From Flaccisagitta enflata (taxonomy: Eukaryota), in contig OZ231126.1 of assembly GCA_965153355.1 (NCBI GenBank), positions 29,574,001-29,638,000 of the forward strand: a DNA stretch of 64,000 bases, written 5' to 3'. Positions 13,001 to 26,098 of the stretch are shown piece by piece. Numbering within the stretch: position 1 is the stretch's first letter; each line of letters opens with the position of its first letter. A model generated the notes under the pieces. That model had not been told where the DNA came from, did not search any database, and was given only the letters and a program-made list of their open reading frames with translations. Made by a program: the position numbers and the translations under genes.

Positions 13001-16000
13001 ATCTTTGAAAAGGTTGGTATTTGAGACTTTCAATATGTTGATTTGATCTCAATGAGGCCCCCACTTGTCTTCTCTAGTCCAAACATGATCTAATCTGATT
13101 TATTTTTTTTTTTTTTTTTATCTTCCTCTTTTTTTTTTCCTTTTTTTTTCTTTATTTTTTTCTCTTTTCTCTTTTTCTTTTTCTTTCTTTCTTCTTTTTC
13201 CTTACATCAAGGGCCTGGGCCCCCCTAGGGCCCGGGCCCCCCTTCTCAGAGGGGGTTGGACCCCCCTCTCGCCGGCCCTGCATCACAGTCAGCAACACGT
13301 AGCTCACTTTCGAAGTCTTGTTGGTGTGATTCTTGATTTTGTGGCCTTCATCTAGGATGATGTAGTCCCAAGTGAACTGACGGTTTTGACTGTCCGCTCC
13401 CAGTTCTTCCCAAGATGTTTGAACCGTGCCGTATGTCGTAATAAGGATGCCGCTACGCTGAATGCATTTATACATATGTACATGAGAGAAATTATTCAAC
13501 AGATTATCATTTCACGCCTTCTCGCTCGAAAATCGACGCGACACTTAAGGACATCACTGAGAAAGATTTGGTCTCTTAATCTCAATGCTATAATCTTTTC
13601 CTGGATCGCAATATTTCCAACAAATCTGCGCAAAAGAATAAACCACCTTCTGGACACGTCGCAGAGCGTTGAGCTTATCCCTTTTTGAATTGCCGTGATA
13701 GGTGTAAATGTCTAAGCCCGGCGACCATTTCTCGAATTCCTTTTGCCAGTTGGCGATCAACGACAAGGGCATCACGAGCAGAGCCGATTTCACCTGACAT
13801 GGTGAAAGAAATTTTTTAACAAAAGTATTTCCTTTTTGGGCAGCGGCCCCAAAGGGTTGATGTCCTGTAGGACACAGGGGGGGAGGGGAAATTTCGAGAC
13901 GTCTGTCCTTCCGTCCGTCCGTCGCCTCAAGTATGCATTCTTACCCTGCTTTCAAAAGCAACTGGAACCAGCAAAACTATTGTGTCTAAAGTATTCATAT
14001 TTAGAAATCCAGCTTGGATTTGTCTAAAAGCACATAACCTACCATTTGATCATGCAAAATTTTGAAGCAGTGGCTAAAGCAGTTAAGCTTCCACTTGATT
14101 TTGAAATTTGACGGAATTTGATGAAATTTTGCTTAAAAATTGTTTTTTCCAACCCATTTGCATCAATGAGAATTAGTTAGTTTTATCAACATTGAACTAA
14201 AATGACCAATTGGTCGTAATTGGGTAGTGATTGACCTCTGTGTTGCATCAGTTTTGATTTCCCTACAAATTTTAAAGAAATTTACGCCTTCTTTGACAAA
14301 AAAACCTGGTCAGATCTAAAACAAGGCCGGATACACGGCCAATCCGTAGTCGCTGCTGGTGGGCAGGGGCAATAATGCGAGTTGGCAGGGGCAGTATATG
14401 AGTGGGCGGGGGTTGTATAGACGCCAGGCAAGAGCGGCGATGGTCAGAAATCCGTTTTCCGTCGATTTCGCGTCATCAACATTTTTGCGTTCCACTCAGA
14501 CAGACAGACAGACCAAGGGACACACCCTCTTATAGAGTCGCTTAGGCAGCGACTAAAAAACAGATGAAAAATTGATTTTCCCATAAACAACCAGGCCTGT
14601 ATATTTCTTGAGTTTTCCCGGTGAAAATAAAAGGTCTGAAATGGGGAAGAAAATCAAAGGGAAGGAAAAAAATTTGGGGAAAATAGAACTTTTGACAGTA
14701 CTAAATCATATAACTCAATTAGTAAAACACAATTTAACACTATCTCTCCTTAACTACATAGTTTTATTGCTATATGGGGTAGATAATCCTAGATATAAAA
14801 AGATGACGCATGTGAAGAAAAATCAAAGGCAGGGGGGGGGAAAAAAATCAAAAGCGACTCAAGAATATACACCCCTGTAAACAACTCAAATTTGATTTTT
14901 TTCCTTAGTGATACATAGATCTAGATTAATATCTATATTTCAGGACCAATCTGGATATTTTCATCAGATTCATAAGGAAATAACAGTGTTTTAATGTTAT
15001 GGAACTCTAGTTATCAATTTTATTAGGAGCCTTTCATGGGGCTCACAACACTTTTACTCATAATTGTGTGGAAGCCAAACTGCTGAAGCTACTACAATGA
15101 AATTTTGCATGAACAAATGGTAGGTTATATGCTTTTAGACAAATCCAAGCTGGATTTCTAAATATAGATATTTTAGACACAATAAAGGTTTGGCTGGTTC
15201 CAGTTGCTTTTGAAAGCAGGGTAGGCTTAATTTTGGTCCTCTGAGCCCTCAAATCAGCCCTTTAAAACCTCAATTTAGCACTCTAGAGCTCAAATCAGCT
15301 CTCCAGACCTCATATCACCCCTCCGGACTTCAAATTCACCCTCCAAGCCTCAAATAAACTCGTCAGGCCTCAAATTTGTCCTCTAGGCCTCAAGCCTGCC
15401 CCCAAAACCTTTAATCTGCTCTTTCGGACCAAATTCTGTCATCCCGACTTCGAATCCACCTCAGAACGTCTTGAAATTCACCGTGTCCTACAGAACATCA
15501 GCCCTTCACTTGGATGACTCCAAGTTGGGGCATCGGGTACCGCTGACCATGTGCGATCCTTGGATGAATAGTTAATCAGTACCTCTCATTCATATTATTT
15601 CCTTTTTCATCATTTCCTTTGTCAATTTTCATTATTTTACGCATCACAGCCAATCAATCTTAGTGAACTACCGCTTATTCCTTATTACGTTATTAACTTG
15701 TTCAGTAACCGTCCCGATCCAAATTGTCATTAATTCAAAGTACAGGAATGTCTGACCTATTGATCAGTTAATCCTGAAGCCTTAAGAAGCCATGTATGAC
15801 ACTCGGTCGGTTCGTCGGTCGGTATGTCGGCCTGTCACACAGCTCAGTCGATAAACTATCCCGCGGTCGTTTGTGAAATTCAATGGATTTTACAAATACG
15901 TTGAACAACCTTTTCCATATCAAAGAGGCCGGCGAGGAAGCCGATGATTTGGATCGTCTTGCCGAGTCCCATGTCGTCGGCCAATATTCCGCCGGTTTGA

Positions 16001-19000
16001 CTCCTATGTAGCTTCCACAAGAACAAGATTCCCGCTTTCTGATGGTCGTAGAGTTTGTCATAGAGTCCTTTGTACAGTGAGAATCCTTTGCCCAATTCCA
16101 CCATGTCACCGTCATCCTCCTCTTCTTCCTCGCTAGAAGATTCTTTGTGGTATGAAAAGAAACCGATAATACAATGATCAACATTTAGGAAAGCTAAGGG
16201 GGTGTAGGGAAAAGCTGGCCTCATACATATCGTTCTTTTTTACTTAACCACTCTTTGGTATTTGTATACTAATAAATGTATTCGACCATCTAGAATCCGG
16301 GATTGAGACTTTCCGAGGCGTTTTGTTTCTGTAGAGGACTTGGGCGCGAACGACGAATACACTTTTTATTTTTTATAAGAACCTAGTTTATAACAACATC
16401 AAGCCTTGAAAATGCTCAAAAATTAATAACTTTGTAGTTATTTTATTAGTAGCTATCTCTATCTCTTTTGAAGGCTTCAGAAAAAAAATGACGTTCTTAT
16501 AAAAACAAGGCCAAGAGATGTCCAATAGATGCGTCCTCTTTTGACGTAAGATATTATCATATAAATTATGAAGATATGTCAAGGTGCACACGAAGGGGCA
16601 ATTTTCACGGTCAAATCATATTCTAGAAAAATAATAAAGTGATGAATTCACAATTTTTTAAAGAGAAATCATATTTTTAGTTAAAATTATTGATTCATTT
16701 GTATTGAGAATCATTTATGTGTTCAAAATTAGTTGGAAAAAAAAAGAAAAAAAACTTAAAAACAACAGTCCTCGACTGTAGTCTATTTGGTGTCCGACCG
16801 GCTACTCAGTCTGACCTGCTACAAGTCTGACCGCTACTCAGTCTGACCCGCTATCAGTCTCGACCCGGCTACTCAGTCCGACCTGGCTACTCAGCCCGAC
16901 CTGGCTACTCAGTCTGACCCGCTACTGTCTGACCCGGCTACTCAGTCTGACCTGCCACTCAGTCTGACCCGCCACCAGTCTGACCCGCTACTCAGTCTGA
17001 CCCGCACTCAGTCTGACCCGGCTACTCAGTCTGACCCGCTACTCAGTCTGACCCGGCTACTCAGTCTGACCCGGCCACTCAGTCTGACCCGGCTACTCAG
17101 TCTGACCCGGCTATCAGTCTGACCTGGCTACTCAGTCTGACCCGCTACTCAGTCTGACCTGCACCCAGTCTGACCCGGCTACTCAGTCTGACCTGCACTC
17201 AGTGACCTGCTACTCAGTCTGACCCACCAGTCTGACCAGCACTCAGCCCCACCACTCAGTCTCACCCGCTACTCAGTCTCACCCGCTCAGTCTCACCCGC
17301 TACTCAGTCTGACCCGGCTACTCAGTCTGACCTGGCTACTAGTCTGACCGGCACCAGTCTGACCCGGCTACCCAGTCTGACCTGCTACTCAGTCTGACCC
17401 GCCACTCAGTCTGACCCGCCACTCAGTCTGACCTGCTACTCAGTCTGACCTCTACTGTCTGACCTGCTACTCAGTCTGACCTGGCTACCAATGCATACTT
17501 GATGTCCATAGGCATACCTTGCAGCCCATGATGGCATACCTTGAAGTCCATGATGGCATTCCTTGAAATCCATGAAAGCATACCTTATAATCCAACAAAA
17601 AACAAAGATACATAACAAAAAATTTTTAACAAGATTTAAAAAAAAAAAAATCAAAAAACAAATTTTTCAAAAAAAAAAAATTTTCAAAAAATTTTTTTTT
17701 TCAAAAAAAAAAAAAAAAAATTTCGAAAAAAAAAATTCATAAGTCCAGGAAATAATGTTACTAGATACATCATAAATACCCTTCTATTTTCTTAACCAAT
17801 ACTCAGAATTTACTGAAATCTTGCAGGGGAGCTTTAATTGATGCAATGAACCGTCACAACAAGTTTGAACAACATTGGTGAACCTTTACTACCCTTCCCC
17901 TATGTAAATTGCACAAGTCTAGGAATTAATATTACTAGCAAAATACCCTAATATCTTCTAAACCAATACTCAGAATTATCTGAAATCTTGCAGGGGAGCT
18001 TAAATTACTACAATGAACTTCCCAAACAAGTTTAAACAACATTGGTAAACCTTTACTACCCTTCCCCTATGTAATTTGCACAAGTCCAGGAATTAATATT
18101 ACTAGAAATATAATAGGCAAAGGGTATTAAATATCTATGAATGTTGTTGAAAGTTGGTACACAGGTTAGTAATGCCCTAAAAACAACACTGACCAAGTTT
18201 CATCAACATCTGAGTTGTGGTTCTCTTTTGGGGTTGACACGACGAACAACGACTACCACACGATCAATGTTGTTATAGTCTCGATTTAAACTGATCGTCA
18301 AGGACAAAAAGAAAATTAATCTCCATTCTTTGACCGTGAAAATTTAATCTGTCTGAATGCATAAATTTGCATTTCTAAAAACATGGCCCTGTTCTAAAGA
18401 CATATAAGAAAGGGGCCATGTTCTTAAAAATGTAAATTTTACTTTCAGAGAGAGATTAAGAATTTCACGCGAACCGATTTTCCAAATTTGCTGTTCCTGT
18501 GCAGTGCAACATATAAAGATATTAAGATATAAAAATATGATAATATAAAGATTCAGAGATAAAGAGGAAAATATAAACTGATTCCTCTCCCCCCACGCCT
18601 CCCCACCCCTCCCCCAACGTCTCCCCACGCCTCCCCCCTCCCCTCCCCCTCCCCCCACGCCTCCCCACCCCTCCCCCCACGCCTCCCCACCCCTCCCCCC
18701 CACGCCAATGGAGCTTTTCCATTATGCGTCCTTAATATAACAGTTTCTCTCAATCCCGGATACACGCACTAGATGATAGCCATGATTAGCCATGTCTTAT
18801 TTTCTATTTTTTTTTCCTTTTCCGCCGAATCCGTTTCCCAACGCGAAGTCACGCTGCAACTGCAACTATCAATAGTTGGAAAAACGCCCAGAGCACCACC
18901 TAATCAAGTAATACCTTTATCGGCCAAGTAGGCCCGATATTTCGCAATTCTCCTTTCGATTTTGTCTGAGTTGAAAATTTCGTAGGCTCTTTCCAGCTTG

Positions 19001-21193
19001 ACCAAAGCTCCTTTGATTTCTCCATCTTGGACCAAAGCTTTCGATTTTTCCAACAGTTTCGTGTATCTTTTCTGTCTTTCTTCGGGCAAATCCGAAAAGT
19101 CAAGCACAGTTTCTGGACGATTATTCTGAAAAAAAAAGTTCCTTATATCAAAACCGAGAAGAAATAACTTGGTCACTGAATAACTTGTGCATGTGGCGGG
19201 GGTGGCAAGGAGGATGGCCGGGTTACTAACGCATATTCAGCCTTAATTTGCTAAGTAGCATATTCAGCCTTAATTATTGAACAAAAGTACTTTCAAAACA
19301 ATACTTTTTGCCAAAAAAAGGAAGAAAAAAAAGAAAAGAAACTCATCCATGTTTGTCACTTCTTTTAGGTATACATACAGGAATATATAACTTGCATAAC
19401 ATCTGTCTGGATTATATTGTGCCAGTAGAGCTACAGCTTTAGATGCCTCACTACTGCTGGTGAGGAACCATATGTCCCTAATATTAAATATAAGATGTAG
19501 TTCCTTGTGTACTTTACATGGTTTTAACACATTTTACACGGTTTTGTCCCATTTTGGTTGCTTCTTTTTAGACTTTTTCACCACTTGACCTAGCAACGCC
19601 AGGGTATAAATTTTTCTGTGGCTATTGTTGGAATTTTGAAAGGGTTCGCCTTCGGATTCAAATCAATCGAAATAAAACGAATTAAAAAACTTCCCATAGG
19701 CGTTTTAGCCGTGAAATCCGCATCTGAAAATCTATCTAATAATAGGTTATATTAAGTATCTAAAGTGGTTTAAGTTTTTCTGGTAATTTTACATTGATTT
19801 GCATGAGGAGGGTGATTTCAGGAGAAACCAACCAAATCATAAAACCCTTAAATCATAGATTTTGCTTATTTTTGGTGTACAGGTGTGCCCTGGGAAATTA
19901 TTTACAGATCCTGAATCTTTTCGTTTTACGACCAATATTTTAGATTTTACAGCAGTTTGAAATTTTGGAAATTTTAAGAAATTTTGGGAATTTTGCAATG
20001 TTTGAAAGGTCATAACTCCAATAGTATTTTTAGGAAAGAGGTGATCTTGATATCAATCTACTAGGTTTAACCCAGAGAATCTAAGAAGCAAAAATTTTTT
20101 TGAAAAAGTTGATATGATAGTTTTTTTGCCTATGCGGGGCCATTTTGGGTACCCCTAGGTACCTAGTACGATGAAATTTGGTAATAAAATATTTGGAAAA
20201 AATTCTTTAATGTTTTTTGATTCATATCCAAGAGAAAAAAAATGGCCCTTTTTCTTAAAGATACTGAAATAAGGGGTCAAAGTCGAGTCCTTTGGATCCT
20301 GGCTCCTGATTGGTCAGCGATTGGTTCAAACAGCCAATCAGGAGCCAAGATTCAAAGGAGTCAACTTTGATCCATTCAGTATCTTTGAGAAAAAGGGCCA
20401 TTTTTTTTCTTTTGGATATGAATCAAAAAACATTTTAGAATTTTTTCCAAATGTTTTTTTACCAAATTTCATCGTACTAGGTACCTAGGGGTACCCAAAA
20501 TGGCCCCGCATAGGCAAAAAAACTATCATATCAACTTTTTTCAAAAAATTTTTTCGCTCCAATAGATTCTCTGGGTTTAACCTAGTAGATTAATACCAAG
20601 ATCACCTCTTTTCTAAAAATACTATTAGAGTTATGACCTTTCAAAATTTCCTAAAAATTCCAAAATTTCAAATGGCCGTAAAATCTAAAATATTGGTCGT
20701 AAAACAAAAAGATTCAGGATCTGTTAATAACTTCCCAGGATTCACCTGTACACCAAAAATAAGCAAATTCTATGATTTGAGGGTTTTATGATTTGGTTGG
20801 TTTCTCCTGAAATTACCCAGGAATGTTTCATGTTTTTGATCTTATTCGATTTTGTCTGAAGCAATAAAGGCAACATTCATAAGCAAAAATGAGAATTTTT
20901 TCGAGCTCGTGAAAAAATCGTGTATCCTGCCAGATATTATGTATAAAAGTATAGACATACACGCAAATATCTAAGGAGTTATATGACATGTGCAACAATA
21001 TGTAACCCACATATTTACAAAGAAAATTTTCTGCAAAGAGAAGCAAAAAGCAAAATGAGTCAATGAAATACACAAACCCACAAACCTCATTGGTTTTCAC
21101 CGCGAATGGCTCCCGTCCAGAATTGAGACCGGCCTTTAGAGAGTTGTTGACATTCTCCTTATCCTCTTCAGCGTCAAAGAGAGAGTTATTCAT
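2221..21193 (-). CDS. ERCC6L: ERCC6L/PICH-like SNF2-family DNA translocase, 5' partial (507 codons in 10 exons)
   Basis: Phase-consistent GT-AG exons: 21193-21086, 19125-18915, 16142-15910, 13793-13647, 13457-13308, 11840-11739, 8991-8867, 8283-8186, 7422-7313, 2458-2221. Motifs GGILADDMGLGKT, ILDEGHKIKN, LTGTPVQNN, GTLLGTQKTFKMEYENPICRAREKDA, LLRRTK, LTRKNEFIVW and SPLVALTFLKKICDHPRLL match ERCC6L. The first exon is the least certain. Confidence 0.93.
2757..3830 (-). repeat. Tandem array of about 3.6 copies of a 298-bp unit containing a tRNA-derived head (SINE-like or satellite)
   Basis: ATAATTTG recurs at 2763, 3061, 3359 and 3657 (period 298). On the minus strand each unit has A-box-like TGGTCCAGTGG and B-box GGTTCGAATCC. 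Confidence 0.85.
3836..4312. repeat. Polypurine low-complexity tract with a 17-bp minisatellite (AGAGCAACAGAGAAAAG)
   Basis: Visible directly in the sequence. Confidence 0.9.
6355..6553 (-). mobile_element. HINE/DINE-1-like (Helentron-associated) element, family A, representative copy
   Basis: Terminal palindrome AGTCGCGTGCACGCGACT next to an A/T run, (GACC/GACG)n microsatellite, internal sub-terminal repeat AGTCGCGTGC and a short end hairpin (GCCG..CGGC). Other copies at about 40-90, 12095-12271, 26426-26620, 32815-33186 (two in tandem), 33434-33586, 35689-35842, 35884-36031, 36876-37055, 40573-41447, 44485-44688 and 61981-62183. Confidence 0.75.
7700..7830 (+). mobile_element. Remnant of the C-terminus of a restriction-like-endonuclease (RLE) non-LTR retrotransposon
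   Basis: FFQRLSIELQRGNAA resembles the QR.S...QRGNA motif that ends RLE-type retrotransposon ORFs (recalled, not searched). Confidence 0.55.
9230..9330 (-). other. tRNA-derived Pol III-type unit (SINE head or tRNA pseudogene)
   Basis: Minus strand: TAGCTCTGTCGG (A box), GGTTCAAGTCC (B box), then an oligo-T run. No canonical cloverleaf. Confidence 0.55.
9354..11389 (+). mobile_element. Cluster of HINE-like family C elements (AGATGCGTCCTCGCATCT hairpin start) with (CAT)n filler and a nested MITE at about 9383-9795
   Basis: TTTTAGATGCGTCCTCGCATCTCTAT starts at about 9354, 10286 and 10884. End motif GAGGACGCATCGTTGGCC...GGCCTTGTT at 11358-11389. Confidence 0.6.
11940..13280. mobile_element. Non-autonomous hAT-like element in an ERCC6L intron
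   Basis: Ends CAGGGACGGCGAGAG and CTCTCGCCGGCCCTG. Flanks CATCACTG(G) and CATCACAG are an imperfect 8-bp TSD. Contains a nested HINE and roughly 140-bp tandem repeats. Confidence 0.55.
13834..15570 (+). mobile_element. HINE-like family B element with a nested TIR element (13944-15221)
   Basis: Starts TTTTTGGGCAGCGGCCCC and ends ...GGTACCGCTGACCAT. The nested element has long inverted ends CCCTGCTTTCAAAAGCAACTGGAACCAGC. Other family B copies at 25845-26100, 29308-29874, 31383-32015 and 40651-41323. Confidence 0.65.
16795..17490. repeat. Minisatellite, about 18-19 bp unit (GCTACTCAGTCTGACCC(G))
   Basis: Visible tandem array with many small indels. Confidence 0.9.
19810..20818. mobile_element. 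About 1-kb fold-back (almost fully palindromic) non-autonomous DNA transposon with a 4-bp TSD
   Basis: GGGTGATTTCAGGAGAAACC...GGTTTCTCCTGAAATTACCC, arms of about 500 bp pairing up to a centre near 20323. AGGA flanks both sides (19806-19809, 20819-20822). Confidence 0.8.
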
Positions 21194-21945
21194 TTTAGTC
21201 CGTAATTTTCTACATCGGTATGGGCCATGGGATCTAACACTAACAAATTAACCGGGGATGAAAGCACTTCCCGATGTTGAGAATCGACTAGATGACTGGC
21301 AGACCGCGGTAACAGCGTAGTGACGTGAGTGAAGACAGGACATGCATGGTAGATAACTTAAATCCTGGATTGGGATGTAAATTTTTGGCTGTTGAGAGAA
21401 AAAAGGTCGGAACTTACACATTTTCGTATGTCTGCCCCCATGTCTATGGCAATATTTTCCCGATGCAATGATTAAAGTTAACAACTTCTTCCAAAGACTT
21501 TCCGTTCTCTTACAACGTGCCAACGCAAGACATATAGCGGCCAGAGCGCCTGCGCTGCCGCCTCCCCATGTCTTAGGATCGTAATTCTCTCCCCCCCCTC
21601 CCTTAATTGTCTCTGTGATAAATTTTGAATTTTATTTCATCAGAGAAAAACAGTTGTACATTCTTGGAAAGTAACAAAGAAGTGGTACCCAGTTAAAACA
21701 CTCAAACTTTATGTCATTAAAAACTATTCTTCCCTAGCCTTTGGAAAGATTAAATATTTGCGCAAATTAATGCCGAGACATTTTCTACACTTCTGAAACA
21801 AAGTATACGTTAAAAAGGAAAAGGATTTAACCTCAAAAATGGGGCTAAAAATAGCTAAAGACTTACGACAGAAAAAGCGAGATGTTTGTCAGTTTTAAAA
21901 GTTTAAAAGATTTATTTTGATGGCTCGCCTTTTTCTTTTGCAATA

Positions 21946-22446
21946 CACTTTTTTTTTTTTATAAGAACGTCATTTTTTGAGCAAGCCTTCAATGTTCTTA
22001 AATTTTCAGCAGTTTCAAGGCTTGAACGTTCTTAAATTGTTCTTAATTCAAACGCACTTTTTAGCCCTCAATTAAGAACGTTCTTAATTAGTTTTAAGTT
22101 GGTCATTAAGGAGAAAATGAGGGAAAATGTCAATGAAACAATAAAGAAGTAGATTTAAACATTTTAAATGAATTAAGATCAATGAAAGTAGAAAAATATA
22201 TGCTATATAAAGTGAGACATGATTTGCTGAACAGAAAAGATATGGAGTCTGTCCATTTACAAAGAACAATTGATTAAAAAAAAACAGAAAAAAAAATGTT
22301 CTTAGATTTTTAAGATTTCAAGCCCAATGTTCTTAATTTTTTCAAGAAATGAAGCCTTCCAATGTTTTTAGCATGTTCTTAAATATTTGACGATTTGAAG
22401 CCTAACGTTCTTATAAACTTGGTTCTTATAAAAAAAAATAAGTGTA
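21946..22446. mobile_element. TA-flanked Tc1/mariner-type MITE
   Basis: TA-CAC(T)nATAAGAAC ... GTTCTTAT(A)nTAAGTG-TA. Related copies at about 9383 and 16358. Confidence 0.6.
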
Positions 22447-23357
22447 TCAGTCTCCGTTTATTGTTAAAATGCCTGTTTTCTTCTTTTTTGCAGAAAAAAA
22501 AACTTCTTTCTTCTGAAAACAAAGGGGAGAGCATGGCAAACAAAATCAGTAACAGACGAGATTGCATCAGCATAAGAAAGTAACAGCATTTTTTTTTGCA
22601 TACAACGATAAAAATCATCACCAATGGCGGCACTGTAACGGGGTCGCATCCGGAACTTCCTCTCCTAAAATCTCGGCGAATCCTTGCGATCCCGATTGAT
22701 CAAAATTTCCCATGGTCATCTAGATTACCTTAATACCGTTGTCGACCGTTGCAAACGTCCGTCACGCGCAAACAGAAGTTCTCGGACGCCGTGCCGGGCA
22801 CGCACGAGTTTCGCGGGAAACGGTTTAAACTTTAAATTGCTTTTTGTTCGGAGATGTTGAAAGCCTTCTTTCCTAGATGACAGAAAATGCCGGCAAGGAA
22901 ATCTAAGAAAAACAAAAGACTTCCTTGAAAGCAACATTGATAATGGTCTATGTTATCGAGTTTTTTACAGTCAGGTCATTCCAGCGGCGTAGGAGAAGGG
23001 ACTTCAGGGACTTCAATTGAAGTCCCTGCTGTCGGGACACTAAAGTTGTCGGGACACTGAATTTTCCAAAAGAAATAAGGAAGAAAGGAAGAAAAGAGGG
23101 GAAAGAAAGAAAAAAAAAAACAGGGAGAGGGAATGAAAGTGAAGTAAAGAAAGGAAGGAAAGGGAAACTTTTCTGAAAAGGAATCAAGAAGACAAAAAAT
23201 GAGTCAAACGGTGAAACCCTACCAACTCATTGACATAGTAAAAGTCCGTCATGTGGTCTCAGTCTGCAATCCCAAGGGGAACGCCCCTGGCATTGCCATA
23301 AGCAATAGTAACAATGTTTTTTTTTTTGTAACACCAAAATTGAATTAGAACAAAGTA

Positions 23358-23538
23358 CAGTGGAACCCCGCAATAACAGCCCCGCTTTAAAAGGTTCCCC
23401 ATCAATAAAGGTCAACATTTTGAGGTCCCAAATGAATGTATTTAATGTGATTTCACCTCTTTTTAAAGGTTATCCTGAGATAAAGGTGAAAAATCCTCAG
23501 TCCCAATGCAATGGGACCGATGAGGCGGGGTCCTACTG
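23358..23538. mobile_element. TA-flanked CAGT-type (pogo/Tigger-like) MITE
   Basis: TA-CAGTGGAACCCCGC ... GCGGGGTCCTACTG-TA. Confidence 0.65.
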
Positions 23539-23583
23539 TAGTGAGCAAATGGAGAAAAAAAAACCAAACAGAAGAACTATAAT

Positions 23584-23666
<83 letters not shown>

Positions 23667-24672
23667 CCGAAATAGAAAAAATTACTATGTGTACACCGAC
23701 GGAAAAAAAAATAAAATTCAGAAAATTAGGCATGTGCGAGAGAACGAGAGAATTTGAGAGCGCGAGTCGACTATTTATGACCAAGAAATCCTTCACTTAA
23801 TGAAATCAAACGCAAAATTGAATACGAAGACAAGAATACCACTTGTTCATTTCCGAACGAAAGTAAAACTGGTAAATCTCAGCGTCAGACTCACACACCT
23901 ATTTTGTATGAATTACGCACATTTTTTATTGCATTGCTGAAATGCTAGTGGGCGACAACTTCCAGTAAGGTTTTCCTAGGCTCCCATAGATGTGTCTTTA
24001 TGAATCCAGCAAAAAAAAATTGCACAGATTGTACTTTTGGTTCGAGATATATAGCTTTTTACCATCATGAACCCCCCTCCGTTTTTATGTAACAGAATGT
24101 ACCATTTGTTATTTATCCAATTTTTTCCATCCAATCGCCACTTTTCAGTCATTTTCTTTCTTGATTGTCTTTATCTGAAACTTGCCCAAGGGAAATAACA
24201 AAGAAATTGGCAACCTTGGGCTAAAAGCTCTGCCAAGCGCACCTGAAAGTAAATCGGGAGAAACGGACGGTTTTTGGCCATTTTTGACGACATTGTAGTT
24301 AAAATTGTCATGACAACTACTGTTAATGAAAAACAATCGAAGGTAGAGTTCGCAGAGGTCTTAAGTACTATAGAAACAATCCTCGGTAAAAAGAAATGCC
24401 GTGGCGTTGACTGAATTGGTTCTACGAGCGCAAGTTGAATTTCGGACAATTGGTATTTGTCAACAATTTAATTGTCCCATCTGCGTCCGGATCAATATAG
24501 CAACCTCTCATTTGAAAAATCTGCTTTCATGTTTCATACCCAAGTCTTACTCTTTTGTGTTGAAGGTATACGAGTGCAATGGGCAAAAAATCTCCACGTA
24601 ATTATTCATTTCTCGCCTTCGCTGAGGAAAAAAACGAATTTCGGACAATTGGTATTTGTCAACATTTTGGCG

Positions 24673-25247
24673 CAATACAGTATGTTTCAACTCGACTGTA
24701 ACATTTCATGACAATGTAGCTCCAAAAGTATTAAAGATAATTCAATTCTGTAAAAAATATCTAAAAGATAATACTTTAGCATTTAATGTTCATCAATTCC
24801 TAGGACTTTTTGACAAAAATTGGACGTTTTTATCACAAAGCTAGCTAGATCGCTCAAAATGCAAAAAATGTTATCTTATTCTTTATATTTCTGAGGTATA
24901 AATCAATAGGCTTCTTTTCTTTTTCATTATTTACAAACTACAAAAACATTTCTCTCATTTAAGACCAATCTGGCATCAGTAGCTAAAACTGTTTGAAAAT
25001 AAGAGCAATTTAAGTAAAGACAGTAAAACTAGCAAAATAGTAAAATATCCTTTTTTTGCATAGCATATCTTCCAGCTCTTAATGTTTTTAAAGGCTGATA
25101 TTTCTTAAAAAAGTCCTAGGAATTATTGATAACAAAATGCTAAAGTATTATCTTCCAGATGTTTTTTACAGAATTGAATTATCTTTATTACTTTTGCAGC
25201 TACACCGTCATGAAATGTTACAGTCGAGATGAAACATACTGTATTGT
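24673..25247. mobile_element. MITE with inverted ends of about 135 bp
   Basis: CAATACAGTATGTTTCA...CCTAGGACTTTT is mirrored by AAAAGTCCTAGG...TGAAACATACTGTATTG. Confidence 0.7.
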
Positions 25248-25559
25248 AAAAATGCATTAAGGCATTGGCAAAGGGATTTTACCGTATCTGATGATCAAAA
25301 TGGATTTATTCCATCATGAAGCCAACGTGGAGTATAGAATATAGCAATTTTACTCTAAAAAAAATTTCAGGTCTCGTAATTATAGCATACAAATTAGCTA
25401 AAAATTCTCATAACTTATCATTTTGGAACTGTAAAATTAGATTGAGATGACCATTTGAAGCTGCATAGCTTTATATCAGCTTTCATTCTTCTGCTAATTT
25501 CCTGTCTATTTATTCCCTACGTAATAATGAAAATGTTTAAACAGAAACAAAACAAATCA

Positions 25560-25650
<91 letters not shown>

Positions 25651-26098
25651 ACAAATGCTCAAAGACAGGTGAACAAGGCCAAGTAGGCCAATAAGGTGCG
25701 ACGTGTGGATCGTCGAACGAATGCGTTACCCGACCGACCGACAGACCAACCAACCAACGGACACAGCCAGTTATAGAGGTGCTTTGTCGCACCTAAAAAC
25801 ACGATGATTTAAAGGGGGGATCGAGATTCCTACGGAATTGACAGTTTTTGGGCAGCGGCCCCGAAGGGTACGAAGTCCTGTAGAACACAGGGGGACTTTC
25901 GTTCGTCCGTTTCTGTTCGTTTGTTAGTCCCCCCCCCCTTCATCAGACCCCTCAGGCCTCAAAGCTGGCCTCTCAGGTCTCAAATCCAGCCTCCCAGGCC
26001 TCAAATCTGGCCTCCCAGGCCTCAAATCTGGCCTCCCAGGCCTCAAATCTGGCCTCCCAGGCCTCAAATCTGGCCTCTCAGGCCTCAAATCTGGCCTC

